Notes: generated by a model from the sequence alone, not told the origin. Shown: positions 35,668 to 47,894, counted from the whole stretch's first letter. The stretch: DNA of 59,074 nucleotides, filler included, from Squatina squatina (GCA_031763465.1; 3 parts of 3 records of this genome joined end to end with filler, not necessarily neighbours in it), one strand, 5' to 3'. Made by a program: numbers and translations.

Positions 35668-36090
35668 TAGCTAACTGGTGGCATTGTGATCCTGCCTCTG
35701 AGTCAGAAGGTGAAGGGTGTGAGCCCCACGACAGCCCTGGCGAGTGGAGACTGGAAAATGATTGACATCCAATGGAATACTTGCACCTGGATGGAGTGGC
35801 CACTGGCTCAATGGTAGTATTCTCACCTCTGAGTCAGGAGGTGAAGGGTTTGAGCCCTGCTTTAGGCAACCCAAGTGAGTGGAGACTGTAGTGATGGCTC
35901 TGAAAACTGGGTCAATGCCCAGCAAATATATTTGGGTCCGATGAGTGCATGGACCATCTCCACATTGCCAAGGGTAGGTGAGGCTCTTTAGCTTTGCTTG
36001 AAACCCATCAAGAGAAGATATTCCGAAGATAAAAACGGTGAGGAAGGCAATGGGTAACCACCTCAGCTACTCTTCCCTAGCAAATGGATC
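35668..36090 (+). mobile_element. Composite SINE-like element with two tandem tRNA-derived heads
   Basis: CCTCTGAGTCAG(A/G)AGGTGAAGGGT(G/T)TGAGCCC occurs at 35695 and 35826, and GAGTGGAGACTG at 35742 and 35877. An A box (TGGCTCAATGG, 35804) and a B-box-like motif (GGTTTGAGCCC, 35847) are present. Confidence 0.6.
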
Positions 36091-36686
36091 AAGAAACTCA
36101 TACGTGAGACTTGAGTTAGGTCCTGTTGTGGAGCAGAACACAGCGCATGGATGGACGTTTCTAATAACGTCCGCGGTACGTTTGTGCATGTACAGCAAGT
36201 GGAAATGGGATGAGACTCTGCTCTGACGCACCCCATAGTAAATATAGATTGGTGAAGTGCAACATCTGTAGTCAAATTTGGAGAAGGTACTGGAGGGCAA
36301 GGTACTGGAGGGTTGCCATGTCCTAGAATGAGTCACGGTCTTCAGGAGAGGAGGGAGAAAATTGCCAGAAGAGAACACGAGGCCTGCCAAGTGATGTATC
36401 CAGATTAATTTATTTGGTAACCCAATTATTGAATCTGTGTTCCAGAGGAAGGCAGATCTTTTATGCTGAGGCTATCTCTTGTGTGTCTTGACATTAAGCA
36501 GAAAGTGTTCCATTAAAGCAAACAGCTGTCATTACTTATCATGTGATGTTGAAAATGAAGATCAGTAATCTATTTCCAGCCCAGCTNNNNNNNNNNNNNN
36601 NNNNNNNNNNNNNNNNNNNNNNNNNNNNNNNNNNNNNNNNNNNNNNNNNNNNNNNNNNNNNNNNNNNNNNNNNNNNNNNNNNNNNN

Positions 36687-36752
36687 TCAAGAGCAGGAAC
36701 CCGGATTGAGGCTCGTGGGGTTGAATGGCCTACTCCTGTTCTTACGTTCCTA
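36687..36752 (+). mobile_element. CR1 3' terminus fragment
   Basis: GGCTCGTGGGGTTGAATGGCCTACTCCTGTTCTTACGTTCC. Confidence 0.7.
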
Positions 36753-36789
36753 ATCTGGAGTGGAACATGTGGCTTAAAATGTATTTCTC

Positions 36790-36955
36790 CTTTTCCCTAG
36801 CTCAAGGGCATTGAGAACCAATGCAGCAACTCGTCAAAGCAGGCCCAGTTAGAATCGGCTAATGCAGTTCTGACCAGGGATGGAACCTGGGACCTCTGGG
36901 TGTGTCTCAATATCAGACTGGCCATTGCATTTGCTTATTGAACCACTGGGGGAGC
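36790..36955 (-). mobile_element. Old tRNA-derived SINE, 5' part
   Basis: GACCAGGGATGGAACCTGGGACCT is a reverse B-box-like motif, and the flanks resemble 31715-31845. Confidence 0.55.
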
Positions 36956-37852
36956 TGCAAGCTACTTTTTCTCTGAAGGCTTGAGAAGATTTTTTGTAAA
37001 AATATTCCTGGCCCATGTGTCACTGTGCCTCTGATTTTCTCAGACAGCAGCTGTACCTATAACCAGTGAAATTCAATGAAGTGGTAGATTAATAGAAACA
37101 AAAAGCTGAGTTCAAATTTCAGATAATTATCATTTCAGGAAGAGTCAAAATTAAATCGTCTAAAATCACCGACAAGGGAAACCCAGTTTTATTGCAGTGA
37201 AATTTTTTAATAATATACAGTGGGCTTCTAATTTCCTTATAATTCAGTTTAACAGCTGAGGAATAATTTCTTTATTGTACTCTCCTGTGAAACATTTGAC
37301 AGTGCTTTCGACTGAGATGGGATCACAGTAGCCTCTCACTGTATTCAATCAATGTCGTTTCTGCCCTCCCATTAGCTGTCTTAATGTTGTTTACATTCTA
37401 CTGAGTCTATAATAAGTGAAAAGAAAATGACTAGCAGACCAACCGTGGTGTTGCTCAGAGTATGCCAGAGGATGTGCCATTTTATAAGGAGAGGACCACT
37501 GCGATATGTAAAGCACGGCGTATCATTAGAGGTTAGAAGACACCAGAGGCAAAAAACTGGCTTTCAATTTATTTTGTTATAGTTTTTTGAAGTATGACAC
37601 AGAAATTTACATTTGTGATAAAGTGTGGCACATGAAGTATGATCGCCAAGTGTTAAATCTCTCGTGTATTCTCGTGGATTTCACTTGGCATTAGGTCAGA
37701 AGATGTGGACTTTTATAAGGACAGGACTGTTATAACATGTGTATTATTCTGCNNNNNNNNNNNNNNNNNNNNNNNNNNNNNNNNNNNNNNNNNNNNNNNN
37801 NNNNNNNNNNNNNNNNNNNNNNNNNNNNNNNNNNNNNNNNNNNNNNNNNNNN

Positions 37853-38610
37853 ACCATAACCCCAATTCCCCATTCACACATTACCTTCCCTCTGTTACTG
37901 ACCATCACAGCATCCTCTTGGCCACAATGCTGAAATAAAGGCCACCACAAAGCAACCATTCCAATCCAACTTTATACATCTATCCATCCAATATTACATT
38001 CAAAAATCAACTAATCACCCTTATGCATTCCCTTAGGGACTGCCTTGCATGTGCCTTTGCCTATCCTAATGCTCCTGCTTAGTGCTACCTCAGTGGCTAC
38101 AGCATGGCTGGTGGAAGGCTGCTGATTTTCAGTGGGGGAAGACTGCAGTTGGCTTTGCAGGACAACCTCAAGGAGCCCTGGGCCCAGTAGGCCCGGCTTC
38201 GGACTGCACCACCTTGGTTTGGGCGGAAGTAGTCCGGGCTGGCTGGCTGACAGGCAACAACAAGTGGCACTGGCGGAGTGGCAGGGATGGGATGACGAAT
38301 CCTGCCTTCCTGAGAGAGGACAGTAGGTTCTCGCTCCATGGAGCCAGTGCCACTCCCCCCACTAGCTCCAGCCACAATGGACTTCCCCTTTAAGAGTTGC
38401 AGGCTAGCTTTCAGTGGTACTAACCTCTCGCGATATTGGCTCCCCTGCTGATGCGGCCAGCCAATGAACAGTGCTGGCTGGACCCGGAGATCATTCAAAT
38501 GAGCAAGCAGTACGAAGTTGGCATGCTGCCTGCATTGCAATCAACGGGCACAGGTCAATGGTGCGTCGCCATCCCCGCGCCCATTTGCGGTGGCTATCCA
38601 ATTTAGCCCC
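37853..38610. mobile_element. Internally deleted Harbinger-like DNA transposon, right part
   Basis: GC-rich body with a broken minus-strand Pro/Ser/Ala-rich reading (MEREPTVLSQ...QSEAGPTGPRAP). The terminus CCAATTTAGCCCC (38598-38610) is related to CCAATTGGGCCC. Confidence 0.5.
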
Positions 38611-39169
38611 ATCCTTCTTTATATAGCTATCTGTAAAATCGCTCAAGAGAAGCTGAGGGGAAAACTGGAAACTCTGCATTCAAAACAGTCATGCTGGTTT
38701 TTGTGGCCCAGACTGTGCTCAGAACTTGCCTCAGAAAGCTCCGAAAATGGGGCTCTTTAAGGAGACAGAAACCCTAATCTCTGAAAGAAACTTGAGACAA
38801 ATAGTTTTATAATTTGAGAGAAATTCGATCCTGCAGTTTGGAGTTCTAAAAGCATTATATCATTTAATCTGTGGAGAATTTGGTGGAGGTTTTGCCACTT
38901 CATATTTAAAAATAATCCAATTAGGTTTAAATTGAACAAATTTAGCTTTATGAACATGGAAAAGAAAGTTAATGGAAAACAGCTTCATGTGTCAGTCTTC
39001 TGATCAAAAGATGTAAACAATGTTCCCAAGCTGCAGGTTTTTAGGATGTTCAGATTAGCAGAGCAAAAAAGATTAAAATAATTCTGAGGTATTTTAATAC
39101 AAAAGCTTGAAAAAATCACTGGTACAAGTTGTTCAACAGGGACAGATTCTGTATTTATTCATCACAGTA

Positions 39170-39480
39170 TTGACTTCCTGCTGGTTTACACTTCTAGTGG
39201 TGCTGAATGTCGTCCAGTAACTTAACCAAGTGGCTTTTATTTGTGTGTGAGCCTGCACAGTTCAACCGATTTTGACCTCACCTGATGTCCATACATGCAC
39301 ACCTCCAAGGTTCAATGGATAGGGAGCAGGAACCCTGGCAGATTTTATTCCTTGCCTAAACATGGGTGCTGAGGTCAATGGTGCCACTACCACCAGTGGG
39401 ACTGAGAGAGATGACCTCAGCACAGAGTGTGATTGAAGACCTTGATGGTCTTAATGGTTCAGCCGCCCACCGGATAAACT
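39170..39480 (-). mobile_element. Old tRNA-derived SINE, near full length, degenerate
   Basis: CCAAGTGGC...GTGTGAGCC...GGATAGGGAGCAGGAACCCTGGCAGATTTT...TGAGGTCAAT...CTCAGCACAGA links the 5' and 3' fragments seen elsewhere in the window. Confidence 0.55.
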
Positions 39481-39900
39481 CCATTAAGTTTTGATTATGC
39501 TCAGTTTATACTTGTGGATTTTAAAGTTGAGAACCAAGGTAGCTAAAGAAGATTTCCAACAGTTGTGTCTCACTTTTTGATTTCTAAGGAAATAATATAT
39601 TGTTGCACAAAATGATGTTCATTACATTATTACTGCTGATCAAATCAAATGTTATCTCTGCTGATGTGATGAAAAGCATACAGAAATTGAAGAGCCTACT
39701 CATTTAACCTGGGCATCTAGTCATAGCATTTAGACAAGAAAAGCTATTGCTGAACACTTAACATAACAACTTTAACATTTCATTTTTTAGTCAATTGTTG
39801 TGGTGAGAACTGTTAATGCTTGGAAAAGGAGCGATTCTCCATTTTTTGCTCCTAGTGTTATCAAGAGTTTCTAAGGTTGGTGTAACATAGCGTAGATGCA

Positions 39901-39976
39901 AACATAGAACATAGAACATAGAAAATACAGCACATAACAGGCCCTTCGGCCCACGATGTTGTGCCGAACCTTTGTC
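39901..39976 (-). mobile_element. CR1 LINE 3' end with (CATAGAA)3 tail
   Basis: AACATAGAACATAGAACATAGAAAATACAGCAC...AACAGGCCCTTCGGCCCAC, running into a gap. Confidence 0.85.
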
Positions 39977-42922
39977 NNNNNNNNNNNNNNNNNNNNNNNN
40001 NNNNNNNNNNNNNNNNNNNNNNNNNNNNNNNNNNNNNNNNNNNNNNNNNNNNNNNNNNNNNNNNNNNNNNNNNNNNAGCAGGTAGTGGAACCTTTAAGCA
40101 TATGTGCAAGGGGCCACAATTTAAATTTAAAAACGAGCGCTGCTGTCAGTCCACGCAAATCATTGAGATTAACTATCGGGGCCTTGAGTGACAATCTTTC
40201 ATATCACAGTTGTTTTATGTGTCACAGAATATTGACGTTAAATGCAATAAGTTTGAATGAATGACCTTTTGACTTGTTTCATATTGACCTGGTCCCTTTG
40301 TTCGGTCCTGTTTGATACTGCACTGTGCACAGTACACAGTTATAAACTAGGCCTGTGGGGAATGTGATTCTTAATTTCCCCTTTCAAGTTTCATTATTCA
40401 TTTTCTCAAAGTGTACAGTGAGTGATTGCTGCTTAACCTAAATCATGTTGAACCAGAAGATTTTACAACCGAGTACAATTTTTCACAACATTTGTATGAT
40501 CTTCAGTCCTAATGGGACGTATCTGTTCACCAGCTGAAGGCACTGACTCGCTGAGCCTCAGATCCACAGGCAGCAGACTTTCCCAAGTAGGCATTCTTCA
40601 TGCGCGAGCCCAAACCAGGGGTCCCAAATGCGTTCAGATAAGGCCCCTTTACCCCATTCATTGACCTTACCGAGGTCAGGAGGGATGGGCCCCCCAGTTG
40701 TNNNNNNNNNNTAATCTATAGACCTGGCTCTTTGGCCCACACCAGCCTTGCAGACCCAAACTTTGAGTTTGACAAAGAAAATGGTCAGTGGACTTTTTGG
40801 ATGTGTGTTGAAGCGAACTTGTCCAATTTGAACATATTGATCAGGTTGGCATTCTAATAAGAACTCTACATGCTGCTGAAACAGTTGTGCACATTGGATG
40901 CCTTCCTAGTCTTAGCTTGGCTCAGCACTCTCACCTTTGGATTGGAGAGGCTCGGTCCAACCCAACAGAAGGGCGTGAGCATGTAAAATAGGCTGATATT
41001 CCAGTAGAGTATCTTATTAAATCNNNNNNNNNNNNNNNNNNNNNNNNNNNNNNNNNNNNNNNNNNNNNNNNNNNNNNNNNNNNNNNNNNNNNNNNNNNNN
41101 NNNNNNNNNNNNNNNNNNNNNNNNNNNNNNNNNNNNNNNNNNNNNNNNNNNNNNNNNNNNNNNNNNNNNNNNNNNNNNNNNNNNNNNNNNNNNNNNNNNN
41201 NNNNNNNNNNNNNNNNNNNNNNNNNNNNNNNNNNNNNNNNNNNNNNNNNNNNNNNNNNNNNNNNNNNNNNNNNNNNNNNNNNNNNNNNNTACCTGTACGC
41301 ACGTGACATTGGTTCGCATTACCCTGCAAACATCACACCACGCACATTATGAACTTTGACTGATGCTCGTGAACCCTGATCTTCAATGGCCCTGCCCGGG
41401 ACGGGGGAGCAGCCATCTCCCGATCCAAGGGGACACAGACAGAGAGGCAGACTACTGAGGATGACAGGCCAGTCAAAGCAAACCTGATCACAAGCCAGGC
41501 AGGTAGAAACTTTTCACCCTGACTATTCCACCAGCAGCAGAGTAGACCTTATATCACTTCCTGCTGGTAGAGCTGTGCTGTTGTAGGAAGCTTGAATCAG
41601 TGGCTTCCCTGCTCAGGCTGGGCTTAAAATCCTGTTGACATAATGGGACCGCCTATTTGCATAAATTTACGAGGCTCCGGCCTGCTTCTGCCAGCAAACT
41701 GCGGTGAGGAGTTAAAATGGTGGCGAGCAGGATAGTAAGGCGGAATGCTCCATGTTAAAGTTCTTGTGCCCTGTTCTCGCTGGGCTTGGTGGATTAAAAT
41801 TCCTTCAGTATGACTAAATGTTTTGGATGTGCCCTCCTCTAGAGATGCCAACGGCAATTGTAAAAAAAAATTTCAAAATGTACTTATTTCTACTTTTGTT
41901 TGAGTTGACTTCAAAATAGATAGCAAACAGGTCCTCCACTCAGGAGGAGGGATAGACAAAGCCTATATGGCAAGGCCTGTCATAGCACACCCAGTCCGGT
42001 GGTAATTAAGTTGTGCTAAATATTTATAGCAAAAGAAAATCCTATCATTCTAAATGCTGCAGTTTGTCAAAAAATGAGATGATTAATATAATAAAGTCTG
42101 ACTGAACCATTCAGGGTGTGCTAGCTAATCATTTGTGGTGGATGAGTAATTTTTTTTCTGTTTGAATTTTGTTGGTTTAGAGTCTTGGAAAGGGCTGTTC
42201 TTTGTGTTGTTCCCACTTCGGTGGATAAATTCCAAATCTGCTTTTATTAGTAACTTAATATACATGCAAATTAATGGGAAAATGGGTTTAAACCTTTATA
42301 AATGACTTCTGAAGCTCCATGATATGCTCAAAGATATAAGCTTGGATGTTGCTATACTATTTAAACGTTGTCACTCCATAATCTTCCCTTTACACTATGT
42401 GCTTAGTCAAAACCTCCATGTGTTGAACAAAGTTGTACTTTCGTCCGTTCATTCCTGTTAATTAACTTTATTTAATTTCTGCGTGAAGTGCAGTGATTCC
42501 AGTGCACGCCTAAAAGAAATAATTGGGATTAAACAGTCGATATATGAACCACATCTGTGGTAGTTTGTTGTGTTTTTAATCACTTTTGTGTGAAACATAT
42601 ATCCCTGCGTTTTAGTGTTTAGAGTGAATTAATAATTGAATGGATGAAGGTCCGAAGATTTTCATTTTGATATTATATTCACATTGTTTTGATAGAAATA
42701 CTGTTCCAAGCATAACCTTCCCTGGCAAATTAGTTATGTGCTTGCTGGGGTATATCTAAAATTAATTAAACTTCATTAGTAGTTCAGGAGCAAGAATACC
42801 GCACGAGTAACATTTAAATGTTNNNNNNNNNNNNNNNNNNNNNNNNNNNNNNNNNNNNNNNNNNNNNNNNNNNNNNNNNNNNNNNNNNNNNNNNNNNNNN
42901 NNNNNNNNNNNNNNNNNNNNNN

Positions 42923-42975
42923 GTTAAGGTTGGCAGGTTTCCTTCCTTAAAGGACATTCATAAACCAGTTGGTTC
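42923..42975. mobile_element. Short interspersed-repeat fragment
   Basis: GGCAGGTTTCCTTCCTTAAAGGACATT...AACCAG resembles an abundant shark repeat (recalled). Confidence 0.45.
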
Positions 42976-43221
42976 TGGGCCTCAGCATGCCGCTCGCCCC
43001 AGCCACCCCCTCCCCCTCCCACCGACCCGCGCACCAAACCTGCCTCCCGGCAAAATCACCCCCTTATTGTCTAGCAACCCCTTATATTTTAGATATGTCA
43101 TCATGTGACATATTTTGACAGAGTCCCCAACAGATAGTCGCATAAATTATATAATTTTAGGACTTGGATCATTTATTTTTGTTATATTAATACAACTGAA
43201 AAAAGGAAGACTAATACAATT

Positions 43222-43400
43222 AAAATGAAAGCATTTACATTTCAAAGTGCTTCATCTACAATGAATTATTTTGAAGTGCTGTGCCGGTTTATGTTTAGAG
43301 AAAGGGCGGCCATTTTGCTCACAGCAAGATCCCAGATACAGTGATGTTCCATTCATCTGATTTTGGTGCTGTCGGTTGTTGGACAAATGTTGGCCAGGCT
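43222..43400 (-). mobile_element. Degenerate DeuSINE-type fragment
   Basis: TTTTGAAGTG...GGCGGCCATTTTGCTCACAGCAAGATCCCA...AATGTTGGCCAGG is homologous to 28100-28228. Confidence 0.65.
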
Positions 43401-44129
43401 GTTAAAGATTATTCATGTCACAACACTAATATGTAGGCTGTTTACGGCAAAAAACTGCAAATAATGGCTTATCCTGATAATCCGTAGCCTCCTCACTCTT
43501 TAAACACTGTGGAAAACTACAGGGATACAAAGATTGTTGTCATAAATGCAAAGAATCATGATGTCAGGCATGTGTAGGAGTCAATCTGGCTTGGGAAAAA
43601 GAGAGCTTGGAATGATAGCACAGGCCAATAAAAACATCCGAAAATAAGGGAGAAAAATAACAGATTACGAGCGATATATTTTGGTATCTGAAAGTCTTGA
43701 CCTGGGCACCAGTAGTGATTTACTACAATAAAATCAAGCATTGGGAGTAAAATAGACCACACTACAGTGGGATGGTAAAGGAACAACAGCTATTGACTTT
43801 TTATTTAAGGTGGTGATATATATTCTCTAACAAAGAGATGGGTCAATAGTTAGGTTGCCACACACAAATTATACAGTGCCCTGTGAGCATAGTGGCACAA
43901 TTAAGCTACTTCTAACCTAAGTTATGCGAGGGCTGCCTCGATGTGTTAGGGTAGATATCCAGTGCCGCTTTGGAGTTACTGCAAAGCTATTTTCATTTCA
44001 TAGCAGTGTAAAAGTGGCAGAGTACGGTAAATTTTCCCATACTCTAGAACTGGCATGGAGTCTTACACACCAGGAACACCAGTCGGAGAACAGGGCCGAG
44101 GAGAGGTCAGCCTGCTCAGCTGGTGGTAC

Positions 44130-44320
44130 TAACAATTTTAGTTTTAACAGCTGGAACATCAGGAGCAGCTCACATCGGGTGTGCCGACCTTGTAGTCTGA
44201 TTTCCATGATTGGCAAGGAGTCTTGGGCAATTTACCCCTCACAATGGCAGATTCCGGTTCCAATCAGGCTCTCCTTGAGGAGGTTGTATTACTTCCTTTG
44301 GACTTGGCCATCACAGGGAA
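44130..44320 (+). mobile_element. Possible RTE-type LINE endonuclease N-terminal relic
   Basis: NFSFNSWNIRS...MIGKE...YFLW loosely resembles the xWNVR motif region of APE endonucleases; it is heavily degraded. Confidence 0.3.
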
Positions 44321-44329
44321 TATACCTCT

Positions 44330-44720
44330 CGTGCATGCAAAGCATGCGAAGCCTACTGCTTCGTTCTGTCAATGGGGAAAGAGACGTCGGTGTTCCTCCT
44401 GGTGTTAGACAGACTCGGTGACCTCCTTGATGCAACGGTGGATGGCAAATTAGGTGATGTGACCTTCTGCAGCCTGAAAGGAGCCTGTGGCAGGAAAGTT
44501 AAGGGCTACCATGGTCTTGAGAGCCACAGGTAACTCTGTCCATGGTTAGGCATGAGGCTCGGGTTGTGGCTGCAGCATGTGACACAGCTCTGTGACAGCC
44601 TCCTTTGTGAAGCGAAGGCACCTGAGACATTGCTTCTGCAAGAAGTTTATTTAGGAGGTGCTCCCTGAAGAACCAGTGTAGATATGGCTTCCTGCGCATC
44701 CCCCTCCTTCTGCTAGCTGC
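44330..44720 (-). pseudogene. PIF/Harbinger (HARBI1-like) transposase N-terminal relic
   Basis: Manual reverse translation gives RRKPYLHWFFREH (frameshift) QCLRCLRFTKEAVTELCHMLQPQPEPHA*PWTELPVALKTMVALNFPATGSFQAAEGHIT*FAIHRCIKEVTESV*. This matches the HTH region preceding the DDE_Tnp_4 domain. It has several stops. Confidence 0.85.
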
Positions 44721-44963
44721 TCCTGCCCTCTCCTGTCTTTCTTGCTGCGCCCCCTCGTCGTTCAGCCCAAAGGCAGCCCTACCAAGCCACCCATGACTGC
44801 AATACAACCGTTTAGACAGCAGCCAAAAACAGTCCAACGCCAGCAAAATCTTCTTCTCGGCAGTCAGAATTCAGCTTTCACCGTCAGAAGACAAGCCAAG
44901 TAACTCAGAGAATCACGAGTCGCTGGGCCAATTTATCAGGGGGCGAGCCCAGCGCTGGGGCAG

Positions 44964-45063
44964 NNNNNNNNNNNNNNNNNNNNNNNNNNNNNNNNNNNNN
45001 NNNNNNNTTAATTAATTAANNNNNNNNNNNNNNNNNNNNNNNNNNNNNNNNNNNNNNNNNNNN
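44964..45063. other. Artificial scaffolding linker (44 N + TTAATTAATTAA + 44 N)
   Basis: The 12-mer is at 45008-45019; the design is identical to 21774-21873. Confidence 0.95.
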
Positions 45064-46614
45064 CCGAAAAGGTCAGGTTCAGAGAACTGCCAGAAATAAA
45101 TCTCTTGATATTCTTTCCACTTGTGGCTTCTAAAGCGGCGAAGTTCAATCTTTCTAGGTCTATTCTGCCGATAACACCACTGCTGCTATATCTGGAATTG
45201 GGATAACAATTATGCAATATGCAGTGCTGGTATTTCAGACTGTTCAGTAAGAGACCCACAGTTTGACATTCTTTTGACTATTTTCCTTCAGATGTCAGCT
45301 CCATTTAAAATCTGGCTCCCTGGAGTGCAGTGAGCGCGGAATAGCTCCCTCCGCACCGCATCTTCGCAGCGTTTTTGTTTCCCTCTTTGTAACAAATTGA
45401 ATCCAGTCTGCGGAGCAGCCTATTCTGGGAAGGAGAGAGACTTTATTCCCTGCAATGAGACAAGCAAAAGAAAAGACAAGAGGTGACTGGTGGGGAGGAT
45501 TGGGTTCGTGTGAGTTTGGGAGGGTGGCAGGGGAAACTAGAAATGTAATCAGAAATTGATGTGAATCAGCTTGCAAAATATGTGATGAGACAAAAAGTAA
45601 TAGCACGACTCCAAAAGGGAGTTTATGGTATCATATTTGTGAGAGAAATCACAGTTTGGGGAGCAGAATAGTAACAGTTTGACAGTTTCAAATTGAAATA
45701 GTTATTCATAAGGGCCAGGAGGTCAGACAAATAGCTTTATCCAAAACACAAGGCTGAGGTGGACTGAATCTTCTTTGAAATTAAATTAACAAGCGAGAGT
45801 ATTCTGAGCGGACAAATCAAACAGGGCTGAAAACATTGGCTACAGCGTTTGCAGGCAGCAAAAACATTGTATGTACTATGTAGCTCGCCTCATGGTTNNN
45901 NNNNNNNNNNNNNNNNNNNNNNNNNNNNNNNNNNNNNNNNNNNNNNNNNNNNNNNNNNNNNNNNNNNNNNNNNNNNNNNNNNNNNNNNNNNNNNNNNGGT
46001 CACCCATTGCCCTTCTGCCTGTGCAACCTTCACCTGCGGTGTGACCAACTCACTAAATGTGCTATCCACGATGTACTGAGACTATCTGAAAGTTTGAAAG
46101 CCAACATCTTCCAGAAGCCAAGGATTGAAAGATTAGAGAGCTGCGTTCCACAACAGCTGTTCCAAATCCTGACTGATGTTTTGTCCAGACTACTTCAAGG
46201 TGCAGTCAGGAGCTAAATGCTACAGCAAAAGAAATAAGCTACATAAATACTTCAGGGAACTGACTGAGCTGTTGTTGAATGTTGGCATCTCTGGAGCTTG
46301 ATGGAAAACACAAATTAATTTTATTATTGATTTTCTGTGCCTGGGCTAAACAAAGCGAGGCACAATCATATTGGTGTTGCTACATTAAGTTTATAATAGA
46401 TGCTTTTGCTGCTCAAATATTTTTATGCCTGACTATATCCATACATCATTGTGCATGTCATGTTAAATTGAGTCAAAAATATGAGTATATTTGTAAGATA
46501 AACACTGTTTGTTGTAAGCTTCTTACCTGGTTAGTTTTTGGTAGAAGCTCCTGCTTAATTATATCCCTGGGCAGTTCTCCAAATACTATTGTCAGTGTAA
46601 CATTCAAAAATACA

Positions 46615-46790
46615 GTCCGGTAGGTACCGGGTTTGACCTTGCTCTGCGCTGTGATTGCTGATCTCAGCTCAGAGAGCAATTGGTGCATTTTAATTGGCCC
46701 GAGCATCACTGGACTAGAGATGAAAATCAGCCGGAAGTTCCACTCTTAATCATTATCCCTGCTGTGAAGAGTGTGATTGTGGATATTGGC
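46615..46790 (+). mobile_element. Old tRNA-derived SINE, 5' half (plus orientation)
   Basis: GGGTTTGACC (B-box-like)...TGCTGATCTCAGC...AATTGGCCCGAGC...AAAATCAGCCGG is the reverse counterpart of 39320-39440. Confidence 0.55.
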
Positions 46791-46947
46791 CCGGAATTTG
46801 TGGTGGGTAATAATGCCGAGCTGCCAGCGTTCGCTGTCATTACTCCTNNNNNNNNNNNNNNNNNNNNNNNNNNNNNNNNNNNNNNNNNNNNNNNNNNNNN
46901 NNNNNNNNNNNNNNNNNNNNNNNNNNNNNNNNNNNNNNNNNNNNNNN

Positions 46948-47653
46948 CCGCCAGCTGGATGATGGTGGGGAGGCGTTGGAGGAGGATGGAGTGGTCCACC
47001 GTGACAGAAGCTACGGACAAGTCAAGAAGGACGAGGAGGGATAGTTTGCCTTTGTCACAGTACAAAGGATGTCATTTGTGACTTTATTGAGAGCCGTTTC
47101 GGTACTGTGGCAGGGGCTGAAACCTGATTGGAGCGATTCAAACATGGAGTTGCAGGAAAGATGGGCACGGATCTGGGAAGCGACAACATGTTCAAGTACT
47201 TTGGAGAGGAAAGAGAGGTTGGAGATGGGGCAGTAGTTTGCAGGGACGGAAGGGTCAAGGGTTGGTTTTTCGAGGAGAGGGGCGATGATGGCAGATTTGA
47301 GGGAGAGCAGGACAGTACTTAAGGAGAGATAACTGTTAACAATGTCAGCCAACATGNNNNNNNNNNATCCTTACAGGAAGATTGGCCCGGTGGGCCGGGG
47401 AATGAAGGGAAGTGGCAGAGGCAGCTGAACGGATGGGCCCAATCTTAGAGACAAAGAAGTCCATGAGCTCCTCACATTTATTGTCGGAGGTGAGGGTGGA
47501 AACAGGGGAGAGGGGTTTAAGAAGATGGTTAGCAGTGGAGAACAGAAGCCAGGGTTTATCTTTGCATGTCAGAATGAATCTGGAATAGTGAGCAATTTTG
47601 GCAGATGAGAGCAGACCCGATAATGTTGTATGTGGCCCAGCCAGATCTGGCGG
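46948..47653 (-). mobile_element. L2 LINE ORF2 fragment (tether + RT N-terminal motifs)
   Basis: Reads PLLEKPTLDPSVPANYCPISNLSFLSKVLEHVV...QSGFSPCHSTETALNKVTNDIL, then LLVLLDLSVASVTVDHSILLQRL. Upstream reads CEELMDFFVSKI. Frameshifted. Confidence 0.92.
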
Positions 47654-47753
47654 NNNNNNNNNNNNNNNNNNNNNNNNNNNNNNNNNNNNNNNNNNNNNNN
47701 NNNNNNNNNNNNNNNNNNNNNNNNNNNNNNNNNNNNNNNNNNNNNNNNNNNNN

Positions 47754-47800
47754 GCCACAATTCGCCACAATGCGGGCCTAAGGTCAGACCAATTGGGAGC
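47754..47800. mobile_element. Right terminus of a CCAATTGGG-type TIR element
   Basis: A GC-rich stub emerging from a gap and ending CCAATTGGGAGCC. Confidence 0.4.
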
Positions 47801-47894
47801 CTGTTGTATTTTGTGGAGATGCACTCGGTTATGTGAATTATTTTGTTGATGTTATGTGCCGACAAACACCAACGAGGAGGTTTCTCAATCACAT

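Noticed and set aside
35800-35865. tRNA-Gln(CTG) gene
   Set aside because: A and B boxes and an anticodon-like loop are present, but there is no convincing acceptor stem, the T-loop is degenerate and no poly-T terminator follows. It is better explained as a SINE head.
43924-44421. 165-aa ATG-initiated ORF as a host gene
   Set aside because: It spans a junction of decayed elements (a possible RTE relic and the antisense of the Harbinger relic), with no coherent domain or splice support.
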